A DNA stretch of 64,000 nucleotides from an uncultured Clostridia bacterium (GTDB lineage Bacteria > Bacillota > Clostridia > Christensenellales > UBA1242): positions 28,977-92,976 of the forward strand of contig CAKVNM010000001.1 in assembly GCA_934777505.1 (NCBI GenBank), read 5' to 3'. The notes under the pieces were generated by a model, which did no database searches, had not been told where the DNA came from, and saw only the letters and a program-made list of their open reading frames with translations. Position 1 is the first letter of the stretch; each line of letters begins with the position of its first letter. Shown one piece after another: positions 28,245-36,607 of the stretch. The translations under genes and the position numbers were made by a program.

Positions 28245-30500
28245 ATGTTTTACAATATCAATGCGACAGAAGAAGTGAACTTGGCTTTAAAAAAAGCAAG
28301 CGAAGTGGCAAAAGAATATAACAATAGCGAAGTTGCCACTGAGCATCTTTTGTATGGAATTTTAACAGTTGACTCGCCTGCACAGCAACTTTTAAAAGAA
28401 TACAAAGTTAACGAAAAATCATATCTTGCACTTTTAAAAGAAAATCAAGCCGAAAAATATTCCATAGAAGTTGACTTGCAGTTAACTGAAAGAGTTAAAA
28501 AGGTGTTCTTGATTGCTCAGCAAACAGCAAGTCAAATGGGACATACTTTTGTTACAAACTTGCATCTTTTGATGAGCATTTTAATGAGCGAAGGTGCAGT
28601 TGCAATTACGATTTTAGAAAAGGCATATCATATCAATATTGACGAAATTAGAAAAAGCGTTTTTGCCAAACTTAGTCAAATCAAACCCGCCGAAACAATC
28701 GTTGAAGAAAAAAAACCAGATGATTTGCCAGAAAGATTGCTAGAATTTGGAATTGACCTAACAAAAAAGGCTCGTGATGGCAAACTTGATACTATCATTG
28801 GCAGAGATGGCGAGATTGAAAGACTTGTTGAAATTTTGTGCCGAAAGACAAAAAACAATCCAATTTTGATTGGCGAAGCGGGCGTTGGAAAGAGTGCGGT
28901 TGTAGAAGGTTTGGCTCAGCGAATTGTAAGCGGTCAAGTGCCAGAAATATTGCACGACAAAAAAATTTATTCACTCAATTTGTCGTCTTTAATGTCGGGA
29001 ACAAAGTTCCGTGGTGCACTCGAAGAAAAGTTGAACGAAATTATAAAAATCATAACAGAAGACAAGTCCATAATCACTTTTATTGACGAAATCCACACCT
29101 TGTATCAGGCGGGAAGCGAGAAAGGCGAAATCAATCCAACCGATATTTTAAAGCCATATCTTGCTCGTGGAGAAATGCAAACGATTGGTGCAACAACCAC
29201 CACCGAATATTCAAAATTTATCGAAAAAGACCCTGCCTTGGAACGCAGATTTCAGCCTGTAAAGGTTAATCCGCCAAGCGTTGACGACACCATAAAAATT
29301 TTGCAGGGACTCCGCCCATCGTATGAAAAATTCCACGGAGTAAAAATCCTTGATGACGCTTTGATTAGCTCCGTAAAACTGTCGGTTAGATATATCACAA
29401 ATCGCAATCTTCCAGACAAGGCGATTGACCTTGTTGATGAAGCGTGTAGCAAGACAAAAATCTTTGGACAAGGCAGAGAAAATATGTTTGTTACAAGCGA
29501 AGATGTTGCAAATGTGGTTTCAAGTTGGACGGGTATTCCAGTTAGCAAAATAACCGAAACAGAAAAGCAAAAGTTGCTCAATTTGGAGAACATTCTTCAT
29601 CAAAAAGTAATCGGTCAAGACGAAGCCATAAACGCCGTTAGCATGGCAATAAGGCGTGCAAGAGTGGGCTTGAAAGACGAAAAAAGACCAATCGGCTCGT
29701 TCATATTTTTGGGACAAACTGGCGTTGGTAAAACAGAACTTGCAAAAGCGATTGCGTCCGCCATGTTCGATAGCGATAGTTCAATGATAAAAATCGACAT
29801 GAGCGAATACATGGAAAAACATTCCATTAGCAAACTAATCGGCTCCCCACCGGGCTATGTCGGCTATGAAGAAGGTGGACAGTTGACCGACAAAGTTAGA
29901 AAAAATCCTTATTCTGTTGTTCTGTTTGACGAAGTTGAAAAAGCACACCCAGATATCACAAATATTTTGCTTTCAATCTTGGACGATGGCAAAATTAGTG
30001 ACGGTCAGGGCAGAGTTGTAAACTTTCAAAACACAATTATCATATTAACAAGTAATATTGGTGCAAAAGAGATGATGGCTCACAAAAACGCTTGCCAGCA
30101 GAATAAAGAAGTGTTTGACTTTGAAAAAGACAAACAAATGATGCTTGACAAGTTAAAAAGTGTTTATCCACCAGAACTCATCAACCGAATTGATACAATC
30201 ACAATATTCAATCCTTTATCGTTTGAAGACCTTGCAAAAATCACTAACTTGCTACTAAAAAAACTAACTCAAAAACTGGAAGAAAAAAATATAACCCTAA
30301 AACTCACCGAAAGTGCTCTTGTTTATCTAATCAAGCAAGGAGCAGACAGCGAATATGGCGCAAGACCGCTCAAAAGAGTAATCGAAAAGCAGATTGAAAA
30401 TGTGATTGCAAGTGACTTATTAAGTGGCAAAATTTGCAACAACTGTGTTATAACAATTTCGTTTGATGGAAAACTTGTGTTTAGTTATTCTTGTGTTTAA
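28245..30500 (+). CDS. clpC: ClpC-like AAA+ ATPase (two AAA modules), atypical
   Basis: Clp N-repeat (ATEHLLYGIL), D1 GEAGVGKSAVVEGLA, D2 GQTGVGKTELAKA, GARPLKR sensor; 751 aa; M-domain and VGF loop not detectable (see findings). Confidence 0.8.
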   Translation: MFYNINATEEVNLALKKASEVAKEYNNSEVATEHLLYGILTVDSPAQQLLKEYKVNEKSYLALLKENQAEKYSIEVDLQLTERVKKVFLIAQQTASQMGHTFVTNLHLLMSILMSEGAVAITILEKAYHINIDEIRKSVFAKLSQIKPAETIVEEKKPDDLPERLLEFGIDLTKKARDGKLDTIIGRDGEIERLVEILCRKTKNNPILIGEAGVGKSAVVEGLAQRIVSGQVPEILHDKKIYSLNLSSLMSGTKFRGALEEKLNEIIKIITEDKSIITFIDEIHTLYQAGSEKGEINPTDILKPYLARGEMQTIGATTTTEYSKFIEKDPALERRFQPVKVNPPSVDDTIKILQGLRPSYEKFHGVKILDDALISSVKLSVRYITNRNLPDKAIDLVDEACSKTKIFGQGRENMFVTSEDVANVVSSWTGIPVSKITETEKQKLLNLENILHQKVIGQDEAINAVSMAIRRARVGLKDEKRPIGSFIFLGQTGVGKTELAKAIASAMFDSDSSMIKIDMSEYMEKHSISKLIGSPPGYVGYEEGGQLTDKVRKNPYSVVLFDEVEKAHPDITNILLSILDDGKISDGQGRVVNFQNTIIILTSNIGAKEMMAHKNACQQNKEVFDFEKDKQMMLDKLKSVYPPELINRIDTITIFNPLSFEDLAKITNLLLKKLTQKLEEKNITLKLTESALVYLIKQGADSEYGARPLKRVIEKQIENVIASDLLSGKICNNCVITISFDGKLVFSYSCV

Positions 30501-30585
30501 TTTGGCAAATTGACTCAAAATTAATTGTTAAAAGTTATATTTTGTGGTATTATAATAATACCAATTAATAAAGGAGAGTGATATT

Positions 30586-30897
30586 ATGGTTAAAAATTAT
30601 CATGCAGGAGCATTATTAAGCCAAGCGCTAGAAAGTTTGTGCAACAAAAAACTCGCAAAACTTGACAAGTACGCAGACGACCTTGTTTGTGACATCTATA
30701 TGTCAATGGAAGGCAAGGAACAACTAACAAAAATGGTTCTAAAAAGCCGTAGATTTGAATTAGTTGCAAAAGCAAAATCGGACGATATGTATAAAAATAT
30801 TGATACTTGTGTTGATTGTTTAAAACTACAAATATCAAAAGAAAAATTCGAGAAAAGACAAAAAAGAAGAATCGAAGCACCTGCTTTGGAAGAATAA
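30586..30897 (+). CDS. hpf: Short ribosome hibernation factor (HPF/RaiA, S30AE family)
   Basis: KKLAKLDKY ... FELVAKAKSDDMYKNIDTCVDCLKLQISKEK resembles the S30AE core; only 103 aa. Confidence 0.55.
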   Translation: MVKNYHAGALLSQALESLCNKKLAKLDKYADDLVCDIYMSMEGKEQLTKMVLKSRRFELVAKAKSDDMYKNIDTCVDCLKLQISKEKFEKRQKRRIEAPALEE

Positions 30898-30919
30898 GAG
30901 CAAGAAATTGCTCTTTTTT
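30897..30919 (+). terminator. Rho-independent terminator
   Basis: agagcaa / ttgctct stem, 4-nt loop, T-run. Confidence 0.75.
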
Positions 30920-31022
30920 CTTGTTTTATGAACATTTTTGTCTACTAAAAAAATTTTAATGTTTCTTAATTGCTTGATTTAGTTTGGCACAAAATGTTAT
31001 CATATATGGGTAAGGTGAAAAT

Positions 31023-31670
31023 ATGATTACTATTAGAAATTTAAAAGTTTCATTCACAAAGGAATATGACGCACTTCACGATGTTAACTTAACAGTGAAC
31101 GATGGCGAAAAGATTGCGATTGTTGGTGATAGCGACAGCGGAAAAACAACACTTTTAAGAAGCATTGCAGGACTTCAAAGTTTTGCTGAGGGCGAGATTT
31201 TTATTGGCACTCAGCCAATTCAAAAAGTCAACTTTAAGCAAGATGTTTCGCTTGGCTACATTCCAAAAGTGCCTGTTTTCAAAAACAAAAAAACAGTTAT
31301 CGAAAATCTTAGATATGTTCTAAAAATCAGGGGCTACGACCAAGCAAGTATGTCGTTCAAAGTTATCACAGCACTTAAAATGTTTGGAATTGATAGCCTT
31401 AAAAACATTCCAGTTGAAAGTTTGACTTATCATCAAAAAATGCTTGTTCAACTTGCCCGTGTTAGCATGAGAAAGGTTGATATTGTTTTGATTGATAACA
31501 TTGCAAAAAATGCGATTGGGGAAGACAAGCAAAAGGTTATCGAAGGAATTAAAACTTTGATGGAACTAAACCCAGACGCAACTTTTATTATGACCACAGA
31601 CAGTGAAAAAATTGCAAAAGAATTGCAATTAAAAATCGTTAAAATAAAACTTGGAACTATCGTTGAATAG
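31023..31670 (+). CDS. ABC-ATPase-like protein with degenerate catalytic motifs
   Basis: Walker A GDSDSGKTT intact; Q-loop Gln replaced (GYIPKVPVF); signature LTYHQ instead of LSGGQ; Walker B IVLIDN lacks the catalytic Glu; H-loop position reads MTTDS. Confidence 0.7.
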   Translation: MITIRNLKVSFTKEYDALHDVNLTVNDGEKIAIVGDSDSGKTTLLRSIAGLQSFAEGEIFIGTQPIQKVNFKQDVSLGYIPKVPVFKNKKTVIENLRYVLKIRGYDQASMSFKVITALKMFGIDSLKNIPVESLTYHQKMLVQLARVSMRKVDIVLIDNIAKNAIGEDKQKVIEGIKTLMELNPDATFIMTTDSEKIAKELQLKIVKIKLGTIVE

Positions 31671-32111
31671 TTAACTATCGGCTCTTGTTAAGGAGTCGAT
31701 TTTTTTTGCACTTGTTGATGGATTTTTCTTGGACTGCATGGAACTAATTAGTGGCAAAAGTTGAGAAAGCACATTTGCGTTTTGACCGTTATTTTCGCCG
31801 TTTTGCATTAGTTTTGGTAGTAACTCCATAATGTTGCCGTTTGAACCTTTGTTCATGCTGGTTAGTAGTGGCAATAGCGAAGAAATTGCACCCAAGTTTA
31901 GTCCTAATCCATTTTGCATAGGGCTATTTAGAATGTTTGCGTTCATGCTTTCTTGTGGTTGATTTTGACCAAAATGATTGGCTCTGTTGTAGTTTTCTTG
32001 CATTTGGTCGAGCATGGTTTGATTGGTCTTTAAAAACTTAACAGTCTGTTTTCGGGTGTTATTTCCAATAATGGTTCTGCCACTTTCGATTGTCACTTTG
32101 TTTTCGTTCAT
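31671..32111 (-). CDS. Gln/Asn-rich hypothetical protein with three LLPxL repeats
   Basis: Start moved to ATG 32111 (SD AAAGGA), because the track extension to 32243 would cross the divergent promoter region; repeats SSLLPLLTSM, ELLPKLMQNG, SQLLPLISSM. Confidence 0.55.
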   Translation of the reverse strand: MNENKVTIESGRTIIGNNTRKQTVKFLKTNQTMLDQMQENYNRANHFGQNQPQESMNANILNSPMQNGLGLNLGAISSLLPLLTSMNKGSNGNIMELLPKLMQNGENNGQNANVLSQLLPLISSMQSKKNPSTSAKKIDSLTRADS

Positions 32112-32189
32112 ACAAAAATTCCTTTTTAAATTATCAATTATATATATGTTTTCATATAATAAATTAGTTAAAAAAAGGAGATTAAAGTT

Positions 32190-32471
32190 TTGGATTTTAA
32201 AAATTATTGCAACAATAACGAGCAAGAAAACAAAAGCGTACATATTAATTCCAGCAAAGAATTTAATTCTAACGCCGAAGAAATTATAAACAAATATTCT
32301 TCATATTCTAACAGCGAACTCATGGACGAACTAATAAAGCAGACCAACGAAAAAAAGAAAAATGGCAGTTTGGACGCACAAAAAATGGAGCAGATGTATC
32401 AAACAATCTACAATGTTATTCCGCCAGAAAAAAGACAAAATTTGGACGAAATTTTTAGAAGGTTGAGATGA
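32190..32471 (+). CDS. Hypothetical 93-aa protein
   Basis: TTG start 9 nt after SD AAGGAG; 4-nt overlap (ATGA) with the downstream protease gene. Confidence 0.5.
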   Translation: MDFKNYCNNNEQENKSVHINSSKEFNSNAEEIINKYSSYSNSELMDELIKQTNEKKKNGSLDAQKMEQMYQTIYNVIPPEKRQNLDEIFRRLR

Positions 32472-33625
32472 TTAGGCGTAAAATAGACCCATCGCTTCTT
32501 AGCCATGTTAGTTCGCAGTCGCTTGTTAAACAAAATGTTGATTGCTTGGTTTATAGCAACAATTTTTTGCGTACAAAAAAGTATTTGGATAGTTTAAATC
32601 ATTGCAAAGTTTTTGCAGAACTCCCGTTTATTAACGCTTTTGCCGTAAATATTTGTCCTGAAAAACTTGGAATTATGTCGTCCATAAAACATATCAACTA
32701 CATAACAAGTCAAGCCAAAGTTTTTGCACAAGTCAATGTTGCAAAAGATATTATGAATGTTAAACTTTTGCATAACGAAGGACTTAGTGGCAAAGGTGTT
32801 ACGGTGGCGTTTATCGACACAGGCGTTTGCTCGCACATAGATTTTGTCGTGCCAAAAAACAGACTCATGATTTTCAAAGACTTTGTAAACTTCAAACAGC
32901 AAGCGTATGACGACAACGGACACGGCTCTTTTGTGGCTTCTGTTGCGGTGGGCAATGGAATGTGTAGCGCAAAAAAGTACTCAGGTGTTGCTCCAAAAGC
33001 AGACATAATCTCGCTTAAAGCACTGGATAAAAACGGCGAAACTGGTGCGTTTACAATTCTCGAAGCAATGCAGTGGATTCACGAAAACCACAAGCGATAT
33101 AACATCAAAGTTGTGTGCATGAGTTTTGGAAGTCAGCCAATGCAGTCCAGTGACCCATTGACTCGTGGAGCAGAAGTTTTGTGGGACGATGGTATTGTTG
33201 TGGTTGCGGCAGCGGGCAACAGTGGCCCAGATGTTTCAACAATCAAAAGCCCTGGGGTCAGCACAAAAATAATCACAGTTGGAGCGTTAAACGACAAGCG
33301 AAATTTGGAAACCGAAACTTATGACGAAAAATCGTTTGAAGTTGCTGACTTTTCTTCTCGTGGACCTGCTTTTAATTTCTACAAGCCAGACCTTATCGCA
33401 AGCGGTGTTAACCTAACTTGCTGTTCCAACAAGCCAAACGAACTCTATACAAAAATGAGTGGCACAAGCGTTGCAACGCCACTTATTGCGGGACTTTGTG
33501 CTTTGATAGTTGAAAAATTCCCAACAATCAGTCCTGTTGAAGTTAAAAGCATGATTTTGAACGGTTGCAAAAAAATCACTGGCGACCGAAACACCGAAGG
33601 CTATGGCTATTTTAGGATAGAGTAA
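32468..33625 (+). CDS. Subtilisin-like serine protease (peptidase S8), no signal peptide
   Basis: Catalytic triad motifs VAFIDTGV (Asp), DNGHGSFVAS (His), MSGTSVATP (Ser); oxyanion AAAGNSGP; N-terminal about 100-aa propeptide-like region. Confidence 0.88.
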   Translation: MIRRKIDPSLLSHVSSQSLVKQNVDCLVYSNNFLRTKKYLDSLNHCKVFAELPFINAFAVNICPEKLGIMSSIKHINYITSQAKVFAQVNVAKDIMNVKLLHNEGLSGKGVTVAFIDTGVCSHIDFVVPKNRLMIFKDFVNFKQQAYDDNGHGSFVASVAVGNGMCSAKKYSGVAPKADIISLKALDKNGETGAFTILEAMQWIHENHKRYNIKVVCMSFGSQPMQSSDPLTRGAEVLWDDGIVVVAAAGNSGPDVSTIKSPGVSTKIITVGALNDKRNLETETYDEKSFEVADFSSRGPAFNFYKPDLIASGVNLTCCSNKPNELYTKMSGTSVATPLIAGLCALIVEKFPTISPVEVKSMILNGCKKITGDRNTEGYGYFRIE

Positions 33626-33659
33626 AATGTTTTATATAATTCAGTAAAAAAGAGATGGT

Positions 33660-34790
33660 TTATTCCATCTCTTTTAGTAATTTTATCAGTTTGTCAAGTT
33701 CTCGTTTTTTGTTGGTGTGACCAATTGAAACTCTAATTGTTCCGCCAGTTTTTATCGTTCCAAGTCGTTCATGAACAAGTGGAGCGCAGTGTAGTCCGCT
33801 TCTAACACAAATGTTATGTTCGTTAAGAAAGTCCACAACTTCGCTTGGCTCATGATTTTTTATCGTGAACGAAACAACCCCATTATAGCAGTCTTTTTGT
33901 GTGCAAAGTTTGACAAAATCAAGTTTAGAGAGTTCGTCAAGCAGATATTTTGTTAGACTTTCAATCTTGCTATTAATCTTGTCAAAATGCTTTTGCACAT
34001 ATTTAATACCAGCCTTTAAACTAAAAATATTTGGACTAGCACCAGTGCCTGCTTCCAAACTTTCGGGTGGAGTGACGGGTGGAAGTAGCATTTCGCCATA
34101 AGTTCCAGTCCCGCCAAACTTGATTGGCTTGATGTCAACATGACTTTGATAGCACAAAAGTCCCACGCCTTGCATGGCAAGTAGTCCTTTGTGACCCGCA
34201 ACGCAAATGATGTCGATGTTGTCGTTTATCATATCAATTTTTTTGTGGCCAGCACTTTGAGCACAATCCACCATGAATAATATTTTGTGTTTTTTGCAAA
34301 TTTTGCCGATTGTTTTTATGTCCTGAGTTGCACCCGTAACATTGCTTGTTTGATTGACAACAATTAGGTAGGTGTTTGGCTTGATTGCTCGTTCAATATC
34401 TTTTGGCTCAACAATTCCTTTTTCGTTGCTATTAACAATCGTGAGTGTAATTTTGCCGTCATTTTCCAATTGCTTTAAGGGGCGGGCAACCGAGTTATGC
34501 TCGTTGGAAGTGGTTATAACATTTCCGCAAGGCTTTACTGTGCCAAAAATTGCGGTGTTTAACGCTTCGGTGCAACCGCTAGTAAAAATTATATGTTCAA
34601 CTGCTCCAACATTAAAAAAATCGTTGACGAGTTGCCGTGTTTCAAAAATCTCGTTGCCAGCGTTTAAACTTAGCCTGTGTGAACTTCTGCCGGGGTTGGC
34701 ACAATATTTTTTTGTGAGTGCTTTAAAAACCGCCCACTTTACGCTTAGTGGCTTTTTGTTGGTCGTGCTTGCGTTGTCTAAATATATCAT
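33660..34790 (-). CDS. Cysteine desulfurase family protein (class V aminotransferase fold)
   Basis: PLP-Lys motif AGHKGL; active-site loop RSGLHCAP; SD AAGGAG. Confidence 0.85.
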   Translation of the reverse strand: MIYLDNASTTNKKPLSVKWAVFKALTKKYCANPGRSSHRLSLNAGNEIFETRQLVNDFFNVGAVEHIIFTSGCTEALNTAIFGTVKPCGNVITTSNEHNSVARPLKQLENDGKITLTIVNSNEKGIVEPKDIERAIKPNTYLIVVNQTSNVTGATQDIKTIGKICKKHKILFMVDCAQSAGHKKIDMINDNIDIICVAGHKGLLAMQGVGLLCYQSHVDIKPIKFGGTGTYGEMLLPPVTPPESLEAGTGASPNIFSLKAGIKYVQKHFDKINSKIESLTKYLLDELSKLDFVKLCTQKDCYNGVVSFTIKNHEPSEVVDFLNEHNICVRSGLHCAPLVHERLGTIKTGGTIRVSIGHTNKKRELDKLIKLLKEME

Positions 34791-34885
34791 AATTACTCCT
34801 TAACATTTTTGTATAAAAAACTATATATTGTTATATGAAAGGCAAGTCGATTTTGCTTTTCATCATGCGGAGGATAATAAGTTTT

Positions 34886-35143
34886 ATGGAGTATGTTATT
34901 GCGGTTTTTTCAGTTAGGACAGAAACACTTTTGTTCAATCAATACTTGCATAGACTTGGAATAAATAGTACAGTTATGAACACGCCGAAAGAAGCACATA
35001 CTTCATGTGGAATATGTGTCAAATTTTCTAGTGCAATGTTTAATGTTGTAAAAAAAGCAAGTTTGGCAGGTTATCGCTCGTTTGTGGGCTTTTTCAAAGT
35101 TAACAAATCCAGTTTTGGACTTTTGGTTTTGCCTATACGATAA
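34886..35143 (+). CDS. DUF3343-like putative S/Se carrier protein
   Basis: MEYVIAVFSVRTETLLFNQYLHRLGI...TPKEAHTSCGICVKF fits the DUF3343 pattern; SD GCGGAGGA before ATG 34886; divergent from the desulfurase. Confidence 0.6.
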   Translation: MEYVIAVFSVRTETLLFNQYLHRLGINSTVMNTPKEAHTSCGICVKFSSAMFNVVKKASLAGYRSFVGFFKVNKSSFGLLVLPIR

Positions 35144-35208
35144 GTTTTAGTTTTAATTTTTAACTCAGCGTGATATAATCATGTTGAGTTTTTTATTGGA
35201 GAAGAAAT

Positions 35209-35838
35209 ATGACAGCAACGCAGATTTATGATGTACTCATAAAAAAATATCCAAACGCAGAAAGCGAACTTGTGTTTAACTCCACCTTTGAACTTTTGGT
35301 GGCAGTGATTTTGTCTGCTCAATGCACCGACAAGCGAGTAAATCAAGTAACGCAAGTGATGTTTAAAAAATATAACACACCCCAGCAGTTTGCCAGCATG
35401 AAGCAAGAAGAACTTGAAAAAATGATTTTTTCATGCGGATTTTATCACAACAAAGCAAAAAATATTATTGCAATGTCGAAGCAAATTGTTGACGATTTTG
35501 GCGGGGAAGTGCCAAACAATATTGACGACCTTCAAACGCTTTCGGGAGTAGGACGAAAAACTGCGAATTTGGTGTATGGTCTTGCTTTTAACGGTGACGC
35601 TATTGCAGTTGATACCCATGTTTTTCGGGTTAGCAACAGATTAAGGCTTTCGGTGAGCAATAATGTGCTAGACTGCGAAAAAGATTTAATGAAATCCATT
35701 CCAAAAAATTTGTGGACAAAAATGCATTTTCTTTTGGTTTTGTTTGGCAGATATCAATGCAAAAGTCAACGACCACTTTGTGAAAACTGCGAGTTTCAGT
35801 CATTTTGCAAGTATTACAGCGAGCATCACAAAAACTAA
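35209..35838 (+). CDS. nth: Endonuclease III
   Basis: HhH LSGVGRKTANLV; 4Fe-4S motif CKSQRPLCENCEFQSFC. Confidence 0.93.
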   Translation: MTATQIYDVLIKKYPNAESELVFNSTFELLVAVILSAQCTDKRVNQVTQVMFKKYNTPQQFASMKQEELEKMIFSCGFYHNKAKNIIAMSKQIVDDFGGEVPNNIDDLQTLSGVGRKTANLVYGLAFNGDAIAVDTHVFRVSNRLRLSVSNNVLDCEKDLMKSIPKNLWTKMHFLLVLFGRYQCKSQRPLCENCEFQSFCKYYSEHHKN

Positions 35839-35850
35839 TTTTAGCATCAA

Positions 35851-35884
35851 AAAAAAGTCTTATCAAAAAGATAAGGCTTTTTTA
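35851..35884. terminator. Bidirectional terminator between nth and the convergent small gene
   Basis: agtcttatc / gataaggct stem (one G-U pair), aaaaa loop, A-run and T-run flanks. Confidence 0.7.
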
Positions 35885-36154
35885 CTACCTATTAAGCGAC
35901 TTGTCGATTTTCAAAACAATGTCATACAAAAGATTGCGATAATAGAGCAATATTTCACAATCTTTGCATTTTTCATGCTTGCATTTTTTCTCTAAACAGT
36001 AGGAGTTTTTTGGATTAACTGTTTTGCTATCTTCCACATCAATGATTTTTTTAATTAGGTCAAATTTGTTATAATAAGCCGTGTATTTTATGCCCATATT
36101 CTTTGCGACTTGCCTTAGTTCCATAATTCCCAACTTGTAATAATTATTTTCCAT
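35885..36154 (-). CDS. Small protein with Rho_N/SAP-like helix-extended-helix N-terminus and a Cys cluster
   Basis: LGIMELRQVAKNMGIKYTAYYNKFDLIKKI resembles the Rho_N motif; C-x4-C-x4-C-x2-C cluster; SD AAGGGTGAG. Confidence 0.5.
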   Translation of the reverse strand: MENNYYKLGIMELRQVAKNMGIKYTAYYNKFDLIKKIIDVEDSKTVNPKNSYCLEKKCKHEKCKDCEILLYYRNLLYDIVLKIDKSLNR

Positions 36155-36249
36155 TAAAACTCACCCTTGCAACATTATATTTCAAATATAACAAAAAATT
36201 TGTATAAAATCAACTTAATTGAAACATTTTATTTCATGAAGGGTTTTAT

Positions 36250-36507
36250 ATGAAAATGAATACTTTGAACAAAGAAAACAAATTGTTTGGCAAAAAGATT
36301 GTTGATTTGAGATTGAAAAAGGGTTGGACGCAAGAACAAATGAGTGCAAAACTTCAACTATGCGGTCTTGATATTTCAAGAGCCACTTTGTCTAAAATCG
36401 AACTTGGCACAAGGCAAGTTTACTACTGGGAAGTGAAATATTTTGCAAAGGCGTTTGATATTGACTATTTTGAATTTGAAAAGATGCTCAAAATCAACAC
36501 AATTTGA
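36250..36507 (+). CDS. XRE-family helix-turn-helix transcriptional regulator
   Basis: LRLKKGWTQEQMSAKLQLCGLDISRATLSKIELGTR, a typical HTH_3 motif. Confidence 0.8.
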   Translation: MKMNTLNKENKLFGKKIVDLRLKKGWTQEQMSAKLQLCGLDISRATLSKIELGTRQVYYWEVKYFAKAFDIDYFEFEKMLKINTI

Positions 36508-36607
36508 CGCTGTAAAAACAAATTTGATTTTTTGCTATGAAATTTGCATTTTTTGGTGTATAATTATTGCAAATTAATTCGTAGCAATTTTTTTAGGAGA
36601 AAATTAT

